Made by a program: the position numbers and the translations under genes. The notes under the pieces are model-generated. The model saw only the letters and a list, made by a program, of their open reading frames with translations, had not been told where the DNA came from and made no database searches. A DNA stretch of 64,000 nucleotides, from assembly GCA_038087875.1 (NCBI GenBank), contig CM075995.1, forward strand, positions 3,536,001-3,600,000, in the 5' to 3' direction. Shown one piece after another: positions 49,623-62,654 of the stretch (positions within the stretch are counted from its first letter, which is position 1; the number at the start of each line of letters is the position of its first letter). This DNA is from Malacoraja senta (taxonomy: Eukaryota).

Positions 49623-50264
49623 TCAGCGGGACAAGCAGCATCTCTGGAGAATATGGTGAGGTGATGATCCGGGTCAGGACTGTTCTCCTGTAATGCTGCC
49701 TGACCCACTGAGTTACTCCAGCACTTTGTGTCCTTGTGAGAATGTTAGTTGTAAGCTGCGTTTTTATGAAAACAGTGGATTATAGACAAGCCAATACGTT
49801 GGGATTTGTCTGAAGACCCAAGATATGCAAATAGTCACCTATAAAGGGCCCTCACAAAGTTACAATTCCCCCCCCCCCCACCACACCATGTCCTCCGTTG
49901 TTCTACCGCCTCCATCACGGCGCCATCCACCCACACCAGGTCCTTCATTGTCCATCGTTCTTCCCCTCCCTCACGGTGGTCCCCCACGCGGGTCCTGCTT
50001 CTTTCCTGCCCTGGCAGCAGCGCTTCTTTCTTCCCGAGGCTCGACCCACGAGGCCAGGGCTCCGACTTTACAACGGAGCTTTACACAATAAGCAGGCGAC
50101 AAGCACAAGCCAATGGTGCCATTGATGGGATGAGTTTTCCAGGGATTGGCACAAGTAGTATTAATGAGATTGTCAGTGGATCAGGGAATGATTCTAACCG
50201 GATATTCATTTCACTGTACCTTGGTTGGTGCATGTGAGGAATAAATTTGACTTTGGTTTTGACT

Positions 50265-51215
50265 TTGATAAATGCGGTGAGACCACATTTAGAGCATTCT
50301 GTTCAGTTCTGGGCACCATGTTGTAGGAAGGAAATTGTCAAGCTTGAAAGGGTTCAGAGAAGATTTATGAGATGTTGCCAAGACTAGAGGGTCTAAGCTA
50401 TAGGGAGAGGTTGAGTATGCTGGGTCTCTATTCCTTGGAGTGCAGGAGGATGAGGGGTGAGCTTATAAAGGTGTATACACACCATCTTACAAAGGTGTAT
50501 ATAACATCTTACACCATCCTGGCCACTCACTCATCTCCCCGCTGCCTTCAGGTAGAAGGTACAGGAGCCTGAAATCTGCAACATCCAGGTTCAGGAATAG
50601 CTACTTCCCCACAGCCATCAGGCTATTAAACTCAACTCAATCAAACTCTGATCATTAATAGCCCATTGCACTTTATCTGTTTATTTATGTGTGTATGTAT
50701 ATATTCATTGGTATATGGTCACACTGATCTGTTCTGTTCTGTTCTGTATTTATTTATGCCTACTATAATCTGTTGTGCTGCAGCAAGCAAGAATTTCATT
50801 GTCCTATCTGGGACACATGACAATAAACTCTCTTCTTCAATCTTCAATCTAAAATCATGAGAGGAATAGATCGGATAGATGCACAAAATATCTTGCCCAG
50901 AGCAGGGAATCGAGGACCAGAGCACATAGGTTTAAGGTGAAGGGGAAAAGATTTTATAGGAATCTGAGGGGTAACTTTTTCACACAAAGTTACATACTTT
51001 GGAATGTATGGAACAAGCTGTCAGAGGAGGTAGTGAGGCTGGGGACTATCCCAATGTTTAAGAAACAGTTAGACAGGTACATGGATAGGACAAGTTTGGG
51101 GGGGATATGGACAAAGCGCAGGCAAGTGGGACTAGTGTAGCTGGGACATGTTGGCCGGTGTGGGCAAGTTGGGCTGAAGGGCCTGTTTCCACACAGTATC
51201 ACTCTATGACTCTCT
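50265..51215 (+). mobile_element. CR1 fragment with nested Rex1 3' end (~50510-50835)
   Basis: [34 protein letters not shown], interrupted by HHPGHSLISPLPSGRRY. Confidence 0.75.
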
Positions 51216-52622
51216 AAATGCAATACCAGGGGGGGTTCCTAAGGCTTGGCTGCCAGCAACCTAATATCTGACTAGTTTGATCTTTTAATAGTTAGTAGTG
51301 CAGTAGTTGATAGTTTAGTAGGTCAATAGTTTTTTTACTAACCTGTACTTCATTTGGATAAATAGAGTGCACACTCCATATCTCCCAGCACACTATTAGG
51401 TCTTGTGGTACTTTTCCCCAAGGCTGAATTTCCTCACTCTATCACTCACCTCCTGGCCCTGTCATTACAGTTTGGTTCACACCCTATTTGCAAAGAAGGC
51501 AGGATATTTACCAAAGTTAGGGCAGTGGAGCAAGAGAAGGAATTCCCCTCCTTGAGTTCTGACCCAAAGGACAAACAAGACCCCTAGGACCTTTAGGACA
51601 TACCTTTAGAATGGAGATGAGGAGGAATTTATTTAGCCAGAGGATGGTGAGTCTGTGGAATTCATTGTCACAGATGGCTATGGAGGCCAAGACATTGCAT
51701 ATTTTAAAGCGGAAAGTCATAGAGTCACACAGTGTGAAAACAGGCCCTTCGGCCCAACTTGCCCACGCCAACCAATATGCCCCATCTACATTAGTCCCAC
51801 ATCCCCGTGTTTGGCCCACATCCCTCTAAACCTATCCTATCCAAAACTGGTCTAAATATTTTTTTAAACGGAGATCATTCGGTTCTTGATTAGTAAGGGC
51901 GTCAAAGGTTACATAGAGAAGGCAGGAGAATGGGGTTGAGAGGGAAATATAGATCAGCCATGATCAAATGGCAGAGCTGACTCGATGAGCCAAATGGCCT
52001 AATTCTGCTCTTATGTCTTATGGACCTAATAAAACTGAAGGAATTTGGGAAAATAAATGGGGGAAAGGTTGATTTAAAATTACAAACCCAGCTGAATGTA
52101 GCCTCCTTATTCCCCTCAAACCAACAACACATACCTTTGTGTTATAGCAGATCAGATTTAAGAGGATGTTCCCAGGGTGTGAGGGCCTCAAAGTTGGGTA
52201 AACTAGGACTTTATTCCTTGGAGCGCAGGAGGCTGTGGTGATAATGATAGAGATTTATAAAATCATGAGTGGAATGGATGAGGTAAATGCACAGTCTCTC
52301 TTACCCAAAGTTGGGGAATCAAGACCCGAGGACATAAGTTTAAGGTGAGGGAGGAAAGAATTAATAGGAACCTAAGGGACAACTTTTTCACTCAGAGAGT
52401 GGTGGGTAAATGGAACCAGCTGCTAGAGGAAGTAGTTGAGGCAGGTAATATCACAGCATATAAAAGGCACATGGACAGCTACTAGGATGGGACAGGTTTA
52501 GAGGGATATGCGACAAATGTGGGGAAATGGAACAAGCATAGATGGAGCATTTTGGTTGGGATGGCTGAAGGCACTATTTCATTACTACATGACTCCATGG
52601 CTCTGTGACTCTATGACTCTAA

Positions 52623-52963
52623 TGGGCCTGTTCCACTGACGCGACTTTTTCAGCGACTGTCGGAACCCATCATAGGTCGTTGCAGGTCGCCGAAAATTTT
52701 CAACATGTTGAAAATCCAGCGGCGACCAGAACAAAGTACGACGCTTTGGGCGACTACTCACGACCATACAGGCTTCACCCCGCGACATGTTGCCAGGGTG
52801 TCACCTGTATGGTCGTGAGTAGTCTCCTCAGTCACCCAAAGAGTCGTAGCGTCTTTCTGGTCGCCGCTGATTTTCAACATGTTGAACATTTTCAGGCGAC
52901 CTGCAACGACCTATGACGGGAGCCGGCAGTCGCCGAAAAAGTTGTGTAAGTGGGACAGGCCCA
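52623..52963. mobile_element. PIF/Harbinger-like palindromic MITE (341 bp)
   Basis: TIR TGGGCCTGTTCCACT / AGTGGGACAGGCCCA, TAA on both sides, self-complementary along most of its length. Confidence 0.85.
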
Positions 52964-54557
52964 TAAGACTCTTATCCCCCAGTTTATAGCATTTAAGTGG
53001 ATCAGCTGGTCATCCCCTCATATCCCCATGAGATCTCACAAAGTAAAAATTGGCTGCATTATTTTCCATATTGCAAGGACATTCCATTTCAAAATGCTCC
53101 ATTCCTTGTACAGCTCTTCAAGTGATTATTAAACATGCAACATAATCCAGTTCTTCTCCTGCTGAAGAAGTCCTGTACAGAGCATTGATGGTCGGGGCTG
53201 AAAGTCATAGAGTCATAGAGCGATAAAAGGTGAAAACAGGCCCATCGTTCCAACTTGCCACATCGGGCAACATGTCCCAGCTACCCTAGTCCCACCTGCC
53301 AATGTTTGATCCATATCCCTCCATGGTAGTGCTGGCTCAAAGGGCCGAATGGCCTACTCCTGCACCTATTTTCTATGTTTCTATGTTTCTAAACCTGACC
53401 TATCCATGTACCTGTCTAACAGCTTCTTAAATGTTGGGTATAGTTCTTGCCTCAACTACCTCCTCTGGCAGCTTGTCCCTGTTAAAAAGTTACCCCTCAG
53501 ATTCCCATTAAATCTTTTCCCCTTCACCTTAAACCTATGTCCTCTGGTCCTCAATTCACCTACTCTGGGCAAGAGACTCTGTGCATCTATCACCGGCTCT
53601 GGGCAAGAGACTCTGTGCATCTAAGTGTGGGGCTATAACATCCTATACAACAATTGAATTAAAATCTACGAAAGAGAGAAGTATTTGCAGACAATAAAAT
53701 TCCCCAGAATGCCGAAACATCATTTCTTTTAACTTCTCAATCACAATAAATAAAAACAGATGTGCTTTGCGCTGTTACATCACCATGTACTCAATATTCC
53801 ACTTAATGTGTTTCCAATAATTAAAACTCGTTGCAAGGTTACTGCAACTCAACTTTCCTAAAGTAAACCATATTTTCTCCTTTTGCCTTGACAAATATAG
53901 GTGGCTTTGATTTAGGAATCATTCCAGGCATTTAATGGCACTGCAAAAACTGATTTAATGATAATGCAGGAAGGGGAATTTCTATTAATCTTTCGCCTTT
54001 ACCGGCCCTCTGAGAGCCTTCAGCCTAATTCGAGTTTGGACCACAGAAATTTCAAACTTTACAATCTCATTAACACTTCTTGCTATTATATAAATTAACA
54101 GCATTTTATGGCAATGCAAAATAATGCTCAGTGGATTGTTTCTGTTCTCCAATAACAAATATTTCTTTGAAACTAACGCTGGCATTCGAAGCACTAGAAA
54201 ACTTTCTATGACAGATGTTAAGAACAACAACACATAGCTTCCCCATGATTTAGCTTTACTGGTAAAACCGTCAGATGAAGTGCTTCATTTGAAGGGAATT
54301 ATAGAACATATTTAAACTTTTACTTGTATCAGCTCCATAACAGGGCGGCACGGTGGTGCAGCGGTAGAGTTACTGCCTCACAGTTCCAGAGATCCTGTGT
54401 TCGATCCTGGCTACGGGTGCTGTCAATATGGAGTTGTACATCCTCCCCATGACCTGCGTGGGTTTCATCTGGGTTGTCTGGTTTCCTCCAAAGACGTACA
54501 GGTTTGTAGGTTAATTGGCTTGGTAAAATTGAAAATTGTCCCTAATATGTGTAGTGT

Positions 54558-54695
54558 CTTCTTCTTGCATATGGCGTGCACAGCCTAAAGTTGTAGGACA
54601 ACTTGTTCTATTTGATGTTATTTGATTGTGCACGCTGCGTTGATTGCATTAGTCGAAACAGGGCGGACCACGTGAAGGTTGCAATCTTCCACCTC
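54558..54695 (-). mobile_element. ~138-bp ribozyme-headed short retroposon with (AAG)n tail
   Basis: Approximate TSD TATGTGTAG (54546-54554) / TATATGTAG (54696-54704); minus-strand 3' end CATATGCAAGAAGAAG; no Pol III boxes seen. Confidence 0.75.
54642..54695 (-). ncRNA. Putative minimal HDV-like (CPEB3-type) self-cleaving ribozyme
   Basis: Minus strand GAGGUGG-AA-GAUUGCA-ACC-UUCACGU-GGU-CCGCCCU-GU-UUCGA-CUAA-UGCAAUC: P1 (G1.U, one A-C mismatch), perfect 7-bp P2, 3-bp P3, 7-nt L3, J4/2 CUAA. Confidence 0.75.
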
Positions 54696-54835
54696 TATAT
54701 GTAGGATAGTGATAGTGAACGGGGCTCGCTGACGGCGCTGGCTTTGTGTGCCGTAGGGCCTGTTTCCATGCTGCATCTCTAATCAAAACTAGTAAACTAA
54801 ACTAATGATACACAATATTGTATATTTCAACTTTT

Positions 54836-56020
54836 TAGACAATAGACAATAGGTGCAGGGGTAGGACATTCGGCCCTTCGAGCCAGCACCACCATTTAAT
54901 GTGATCATGGCTGATCATCCACAATCAGTACCCCATTCCTGCCTTCTCCCCATATCCCCTGACTCTGCTATTTTTAAGAGCCCTATCTAGCTCGCTCTTG
55001 AAAGCTTCCAGAGAACCTGCCTCCACTGCCCTCTGAGGCAGAGAATTACACACTCACAACTCTCTGTGAGGAAAAGTGTTTCCACTTCTCCGTTCTAAAT
55101 GGCTTACTCCTTATTCTTAAACTGTGGCCCCTGGTTCTGGACTCCCCTAACATCGGGAACATGATTCCTGCCTCTAGCGTGTTCAAACCCTTAACAATCT
55201 TATATGTTTCAATGAGATACCCTCACATCCTTCTAAACTCCAGAGTGTACATGCCCAGCCGCTCCATTCTCTCAGCATATGACAGTCCCGCCATCCCGGG
55301 AATTAACCTTGTAAACCTATGCTGCACTCCCTCAATAGCAAGAATGTCCTTCCTCAAATTAGGGGACCAAAACTGAACACAATACTCCAGGTGTGGTCTC
55401 ACTAAGGCTCTGTGCAACTGTAGAAGGACCTCTTTGCTCCTATATTCGACTCCTCTTGTTATAAAGGCCAACATGCCATTTGCTTTCTTCACTGCCTTAC
55501 GTTCATAGACTGATGAACAAGGACCCCCAGATCCCATTGCACTTCCCCTTTTCCCAACTTGACGCCATTTAGATAGTAATCTGCCTTCCTGTTTTTGATA
55601 CCAAAGTGGATAACCCCACATTTATCTGCATTAAACATCATCTGCCATGCATCTGCCCATTCCCCAAACTGTCCAAGTCACCCTGCATTCTCATAGCATC
55701 CTCCTCACAGTTCACACTGCCACCCAGCTTAGCGTCATCTACAAATTTGCTAATGTTACTTTGAATCCCTTCATCCAAATCAGTGATGTATATTGTAAAT
55801 AGCTGCGGTCCCAGCACCGAGCCTTGCGGTACCACACTAGTCACTGCCTGCCATTCTGAAAGGGACCCGTTAATCCCTACTCTTTGTTTCCTGTCTGCCA
55901 ACCAATTTTCTATCCATGTCAGCACATTATCCCCAATACCATGTGCCCTAATTTTGCCCATTAATCTCCTATGTGGGACCTTATCAAATGTTTTCTGAAA
56001 GTCCAGGTACACTACATCCA
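54836..56020 (-). mobile_element. CR1 LINE 3' 1.2 kb (RT domain, frameshifted)
   Basis: YLDFQKTFDKVPH..VPQGSVLGPQLFTIYI..KFVDDAKL..LVRPHLEYCVQFW; (AGACAAT) tail at 54836. Confidence 0.95.
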
Positions 56021-57985
56021 CAAATTCACAACTCTCTGGGTGAAAACATCTTTTCTCACCTCAGTCCTAAATGGCCTCCCCTTTATTCTAAGTGTCACCC
56101 CTGGTTCTGGACTCGCCCAACATTGGGAACATTTTTCCTGCATCTGGCCTGTCCAGTCCTTTTATAATTTTATATGTTTCTATAAGACCACCCCCCCCCC
56201 CCTCATCCTTCTAAACTCCAGTGAATACAAGCCTAATTTTTTCAATCTTTCCTCATATAGTCCCGCCATCCTAGGGATCAATCTCGTGAACCTACGCTGC
56301 ACTGCCTCAATCACAGGGATGTCCTTCCTCAAATTAGGAGACCAAAACTGTACACAATACTCCAGATGTAGTCTTACCAGAGCCCTATAAAACTGCAGAA
56401 GAACCTCTCTACTCCTATACTGAAATCTTCTTGTTATGAATGCCAACATTAGCTTTCTTCACTGCCTGCTGTACCTGCACGCCAACTTTCAGTGACTGGT
56501 GTACAAAGACACCCAGGTCTCACTGTACCTCCCCCTTACCTAACCTAACCCCATTGAGATAATAATCTGCCCCCTTGTTTTTGCCACCAAAGTGGATAAC
56601 TTCACATTTATCTATATTATATTGCATCTGCCACGCATCTGCCCACTCACTCAACCTGTCCAAGTCACCCTGCAACCTCCTAACATCCTCTTCACAGTTC
56701 ACACTGCCACCCAGCTTTGTGTCATCTGCAAACTTGCTAGTGTTGCTCCTAATTCCCTCTTCCAAATCATTAATATATATGGTAAACAGTTGCGGCCCCA
56801 ACACCGAGCCTTACGGCACTCCACTCGCCACTGCCTGCCATTCTGAAAAGGACCCGTTCACTCCTACTCTTTGCTTCCGGTCTGCCAACCAATTTTCTAT
56901 CCATGTCAACACCCTACCCCCATTATCATGTGCTCTAATTTTATTCACCAGTCTCCCGTGCGGGACCTTATCAAATGCTTTCTGAAAGTCTAGATACACT
57001 ATATCCACTGGCACCCCTTCATCCATTTTACTTGTCACATCCTCAAAAAATTCCAGAAGATTAGTCAAGCATGATTTTCCTTTCATAAATCCATGCTGAA
57101 TTGGACTAATCCTTTTACTGCTATCCAAATGCCCCATTATTCCCTTTTAATAATTGACTCCAGCATCTTTCCTATCACCGAAGTCAGGATAACTGGTCTG
57201 TAATTCCCCGTTTTCTCTCTCGCTCCTTTCTTGAAAAGTGGGATAACATTAGCTATCCTCCAATCCACAGGAACTGATCCTGAATAGATTGAACATTGGA
57301 AAATAATCACCAATGCATCCACTATTTCTAGAGCCACCTCCCTGAGGACCCTGGGATACAGACCATCAGGCCCAGAGGATTTATCATCCTTCAGTCCCAT
57401 TAGCCTACCCAATACTATTTCTCGCCTAATGAAAATATCTTTCAGTTCCTCTACCCCCTTAGATCCTCTGTCCTCTAGTACTTCTGGGAGATTGTTTGTG
57501 TCTTCCTTGGTGAAGACAGATCCGAAGTACCTGTTCAACGCTTCTGCCATTTCCTTGTTCCCCATAATAATTTCACCCGTGTCTGTCTTCAAGGGACCCA
57601 CATTTGACTTTGCTATTCTTTTTCCCTTAACATATCTAAAGAAGCTTTTACTGTCCTTCTTTATATTCCTGGCCAGCTTCCCCTCGTACTTCATCTTTTC
57701 AGCCCCTATTGGCTGTTTTGTTTCCTTCTGTTGTCCTATGAAAGTTTCCCAATCCTCTGGCTTCCGGCTACTCTTTGCTGTGTTATACATCTTTTCTTTT
57801 CGTTTTATTCTATCCCTAACTTCTCTTGTCAGCCACAGTTGCCTCCTACTCTCCTTAGAATCTTTTTTCCTTTTTTGGAATGAAATGATCCTGTGTCTTC
57901 CGGATTATGCCCAGAAATTCCTGCCATTGCTGTTCCACTGTCATTCCTGCTAGGATCCCTTTCCAGCTTGGCCAGCTCCTCCATC
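56021..57985 (-). mobile_element. Second CR1 LINE fragment (ORF2 tether + RT, disrupted)
   Basis: KSSGPDGLYPRVLRE..WRIANVIPLFKKG..GNYRPV; QHGFMKGKSCLTNLLEFF; KFADDTKL. Confidence 0.95.
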
Positions 57986-58029
57986 ATGCCTACTCCTACA
58001 CCTATTTTCTATATTTCTATGTTTCTATG

Positions 58030-58232
58030 GAATATGCAGTGCTGTTGGTCCAGTTTATGTGTGGCCTTATTCTGGTAATGGAGGTGGCCCAGGACAGAGA
58101 AGTCAGTGTGGGAATGGGAAGGTGGGTTAAAATGGTTAGCAGTTGGGAAATCAAATAGGCCTTGGGGGATTGAGCGCAGAGTGTTCAATGAAACAGTCGC
58201 CGAGTCTATGCCTGGTCTCACTGATGTACAAT
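58030..58232 (-). pseudogene. Penelope GIY-YIG endonuclease remnant
   Basis: LYISETRHRLGDCFIEH (cf. LYIGET.R.L..RF.EH), then ANHFNPPSHSHTDFSVLG. Confidence 0.7.
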
Positions 58233-58846
58233 GTTGTCTCTAATGGCTGTCTAATAGGTCTGATAATAAATGTCACCTCTAATAGCAGCCTCTGTGAGTT
58301 CTTTCCAGTCTAATCACTGTAAAGCTCTGTTATACTTACAGAGCTCTTAAACAATTAGAAGCACCACTTGCTGAGTTTGAAAAACGTATATAATCAGCAA
58401 AGAAAAGCTTGGAATATGCACACCCTACCAAAGGCTGCTCTGTTTTCATGAGAACTAAGTGGTCCAGGATTGAAGTTTCGAGTGAGGGAAAGCTTAGATG
58501 ATATATTTAAATTAAATATGCAAAGAGGTCACATTGGTATATTGCAACACTCATCTTCACGTTGAAAGCAAGTTTACTTTTTGATTTCAAAGTGCACCAG
58601 AATTGCTTCACAGAAGAAAGTATTTGGAAGAAAGTGCTCTCAATATGTAGTAATATGTCCCTGTGTGTGCAGACTTTAAACTTTCAATGCAATCTTGATA
58701 GGGGGAATTGCATTGAAAAATTGCTTAAAACTATAATGCTTTGCACATCGTTGCTGATGAAATCTATCACCATATGACACGCATGTTTCCTTTTTGTAGG
58801 GTGAATGATACCGCACACTCAAAACCATTTCCTGAATCTCTAATCT

Positions 58847-58948
58847 GAATGAATGAATGAATGAATGAATGAATGAATGAATGAAAACTTTATTGTCATT
58901 CAGATATACACCTATACACAGTGCACCTAGAACGAAATTTCGTTGCAT
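58847..58948 (-). mobile_element. LINE (L2/Rex-like) 3' tip with (TTCA)n tail
   Basis: Minus strand ..AATTTCGTT..TGACAATAAAG then (TTCA)n. Confidence 0.55.
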
Positions 58949-60231
58949 TTGACTCTCCAGTTTTTTTTTTTTTTTTAGAAGTGTCGATATTTAAAAAGTT
59001 CTATGAATCTGTGGAATTCTTTGCCACAGAAGGCTGTGGAGACCAAGTCAGTGGATAGGTTCAAGGCAGAGATAGATAGATTCTTGATTAGTACAGGTGT
59101 CGGAGGTTATCGGGATAAGGCCAGAACCAGGGTCCACAGTTTAAGAATAAGGAGTAAGCCATTTAGAACGGAGACGAGGAAACACTTTTTCTCACAGCGA
59201 GTGGTGAGTCTGTGGAATTCTCTCTCAGAGGGCGATTGAGGCAGGTTCTCTGGATGCTTTCAAGAGCGAGCTAGATAGGGCTCTTAAAAATAGCGGAGTC
59301 AGGGGATGTGGGGAGAAGGCATGAACGGGGTACTGATTGAGGATGATCAGCCATGATCACATTGAATGGCGGTGCTGGCTCAAAGGGCCGAATGGCCTAC
59401 TCCTGCACCTATTGTCTGTTGTCTAAGGCAGGAGAATAGGGTTAGGAGGAGAGAGAGATCAGCCATAAATGAATGGCGGAGTAGACTTGATGAGCCGAAT
59501 GGCCTAATTCTACTCCTATTTCTTATGACCTACTGAGGTGAGATTGTAACATTGTTTTGGAGAATCCAAGAATACATAACCTCCATAATTAAAGGCTTGC
59601 ATATAATTGGCAGTTTATTTTACCAACTCAAGACATGCTAAAAAAGCATTTTACAACCAATGAAGCGTTTGTTAAATTGCAACAATATTATTGTTGAAGA
59701 GCCAAATTTCTTACGGCAATAAATTGCACTGTTAAAGTAGCCACATTTATTACAATAATGCATTATCAGCCATTGGTTGAGCAATAGTTATTAGTCAGAA
59801 TGTTACATGAACTTTAAGGTGAGAGGTTAAAGATTTAATAGAAACTTGAGGAGCAACTTTTTACTATGTAGAGTGGTGGCTAGATGGAATGAGCTGCCAG
59901 AGGAAGTAGTTGTGGCAGGTATTATAACAACGTTTAAAAGACATATGGACAGGTACGTGGGTAAGCGTGCGCAGGTGGGAATAGTGTAATTGAGGCAACT
60001 TGGGCCAAAGGGCCAATACTGCATGACTCTATGACTCCATAACTCCCCTTCTCTTCCTTGAGTGGTGCTTTTAGCGAGATCTCTATTGAAAAAACAACTT
60101 CTTTGACAGTGCAGCAATCAATGGTTTAAGGAGTACACTTATGTCTCAGCCTGGGTAATGTGGATACGGTGTCGGAGGTTATGGGGAGAAGGGAGGAGAA
60201 TGGGGTTAGGAGGGAGAGATAGATCAGACAT

Positions 60232-61137
60232 AATTTTTTTTTTTTTAAATTATTTTTATTAGAAGTACGGTAAATTACCGTAATACACAACACTTATATC
60301 TTAATACATTTTTTATACCGCTTCATTTTTTTGAGCTTTAAGAGAAAGATAGAAGTAAGAAAAGTAAAGAAAGTGCGCAAGAGTCGTGAGGTGCAAGAGA
60401 GTGTTGTGAAAAGAAAGCCCCTTAGAAAAGAAGTTAGAGAAGGAAGTAAAGTAAGAAAGTAGATCCTAGAAAAGAAAGAAAAAGAAAGTAGGAACAATCG
60501 CAGAAAGGGAACCACCAACCAAGTCTGTTTTTATTGTTTTACCTCCCATTACCAGGTCCTGATACCATTTCTTTATTTATTTATTTTTTAAATTACTATT
60601 GCACCTCATGCTTGTAATAGGTCCAAAAACGTAGACCACGTCTTTTGGAATTGGTCTGCTTTCCCTGCTAAGAGGAATCTCATCTCTTCCAGATGTAATG
60701 TTTCCAACATATTTGATGTCCACATTTTTATTGTTGGTGTGGGCGCATTTTTCCAGAATTTAAGTATGAGCCTTTTTACCCATTATTAGCCCGTAATTGA
60801 ATAAGTTCTTCTGATACACGTTTAATTCAGGGATACCTTCCGATATTCCAAAAATGATCCATTCTGGTTTTGGTACCTGTTATATTTTAATTAATTTTGA
60901 GAAAATATCAAATATCTCATACCAGAATTTTTGGATTTTTGTACAAAAAAAAAAAGAATGCGCTATGGTAGCTTCTTGACACAGACATTTATCACAGATT
61001 GGTGAAACATTAGGAAAGATTTTATTTAATTTAGTTTTTGAATAATATAGTCCATGTAATGTTTTGAATTGGATGAGCGTATGTCGTACGTTGATCGAAC
61101 ATATATGCACCTGTAGTAAGTGGTTATCCCAGCTCTC
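60232..61137 (-). mobile_element. L1-clade LINE, 5'-truncated
   Basis: ORF 60880..61149 with CCHC knuckle CDKCLCQEATIAHSFFFC; poly(A) seen as T-run 60234-60246; 12-bp TSD TAGATCAGACAT (60220-60231, 61138-61149). Confidence 0.9.
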
Positions 61138-61192
61138 TAGATCAGACATGATTGAATGGCGGAGTAGACTTGATGGACCGAATGGCCTAATT

Positions 61193-62035
61193 ACAATACA
61201 ATTTTTTTTTTTTTATTTGTCTTTTGGACAAATTTGTCATTTGGACCCCTTGAGGTCCAAACAAAATGTCGTTTCTGCAGCCATACATTACAAAACGAAA
61301 AAAGACCCGAGACACAACACAATTTACACATACATCCATCACAGCGCTGTGATGGAAGGCAAAAAAACGTATCTCTCCACTGCACTCCCCCCCCCCCCCG
61401 ATGTCAGAGTCAAAGTCAAAGCCCCCGGCGGGCGATGGTGATTATCCCGCGGCCATTAAAGCCACGCCGGTTAATGCAAGGGTCGCGCACCGGGTCTTGG
61501 TGTTAGAGCCCCGGCGCGCGCTCGCAAAGTCCGGCGGCCATTCCAAGCCGCGCGGGGGGATAAAGCCCCGCTCCAGGTGCTCTTCAACCCCGCAACTCGG
61601 GCGGGAGAAGTCGCCGCTGCGGAAGCCCCGAAAAGCGGTCTCCCACCAGGGGACCCGCGGGCTTCCGGTGTTGCCGTCCGCCAGACCCGCGGTTGTAGCC
61701 TCCGAATCTCCGGGGGTCGGGTAGCAGCAGCGATTGTCTCCACCACAGCTCCACCCGCTCCGGACTCGGCCAGCCCCGCGACGGTGAGTAGTCCGCAGCT
61801 CCGCAAACTGGAGCCCCAGGTCGTTCCTGCTGGAGGCCGCCCCAACGACAACGGAGACCCGACAAAGAAAAGGTCGGGTCTCCCGTGCAGGGGAAAGATT
61901 TTAAAGTTCCCCCCCCCCCCCCCAACACACATACCCCGACAGAAAAATAATAAAAAACTACATAAAAACGAGACAAAAATAATAAAAAGACAGACGAACT
62001 GCAGAGGCCGCTGCAAACAAGAGTCGCGCCGCCTA
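61193..62035 (-). mobile_element. ~840-bp GC-rich non-autonomous retroelement with LINE-like 3' tail
   Basis: Interrupts a CR1 tail with no TSD; minus-strand 3' end ..AAATGACAAA..AAATAAAAAAAA; no RT motifs. Confidence 0.55.
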
Positions 62036-62339
62036 CTCCTATTCCTTATGACCTTATGACCTAATTCAAACATGTGGTCAATCAATAGAGTTTCTACAAA
62101 TCTATTATTAATGGCTCAGAATTTGTTGCGGTGGGGCATCCAATACCATCTGCCTTGCCTTTTGCTGAGTTAAGTTTATACGTTTTTGTGTGGTCATTTG
62201 ATCAAAAATTAAAAATGGTTCAGTGAGAGAAAAATTGACATCCCAGAAAATACATCAACCTGGAAATAATCAGATTGTAAAATTAGCAACATGAAGGGAA
62301 TTTAAGAGAGCCATTGCAAATTCAATCGTAGAGGTGGTG

Positions 62340-62637
62340 TGGTGGTGCAGCGGTAGAGTTGCTGCCTTACAGCGCCAAAGACCTGAGTTTGATCCTGACT
62401 ACGGGTGCTTGGCTGTACAGAGTTTGTACCTTCTCCCCGTGACCTGCGTGGGTTTTCTCCAAGATCTTTAGTTTCCTCCCACACTCCATTGACATCCAGG
62501 TTAATTGGCTTGGTGTAAATGTCAATTGTCCCTAGTGTGTGTAGGATAGTGCTAGTGTGCGAGGATCGCTGGTCGGCGCGGACTCAGTGGGCCGTAGGGC
62601 TTGTTTCCGCTCTGTATCTCTAAACTGAGCTAAACTA
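62340..62637 (+). mobile_element. V-SINE (HE1-like)
   Basis: Full copy. Confidence 0.85.
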
Positions 62638-62654
62638 AGGAAAGATTGGATTAA

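Larger units (their letters stand above)
54343..54805 (+). mobile_element. V-SINE interrupted by a ~138-bp retroposon
   Basis: Head at 54343; the SINE body resumes at 54696. Confidence 0.8.

Noticed and set aside
61471..62085. 130-204 aa ORFs on both strands
   Set aside because: GC-rich, stop-poor repeat interior with no protein motifs.
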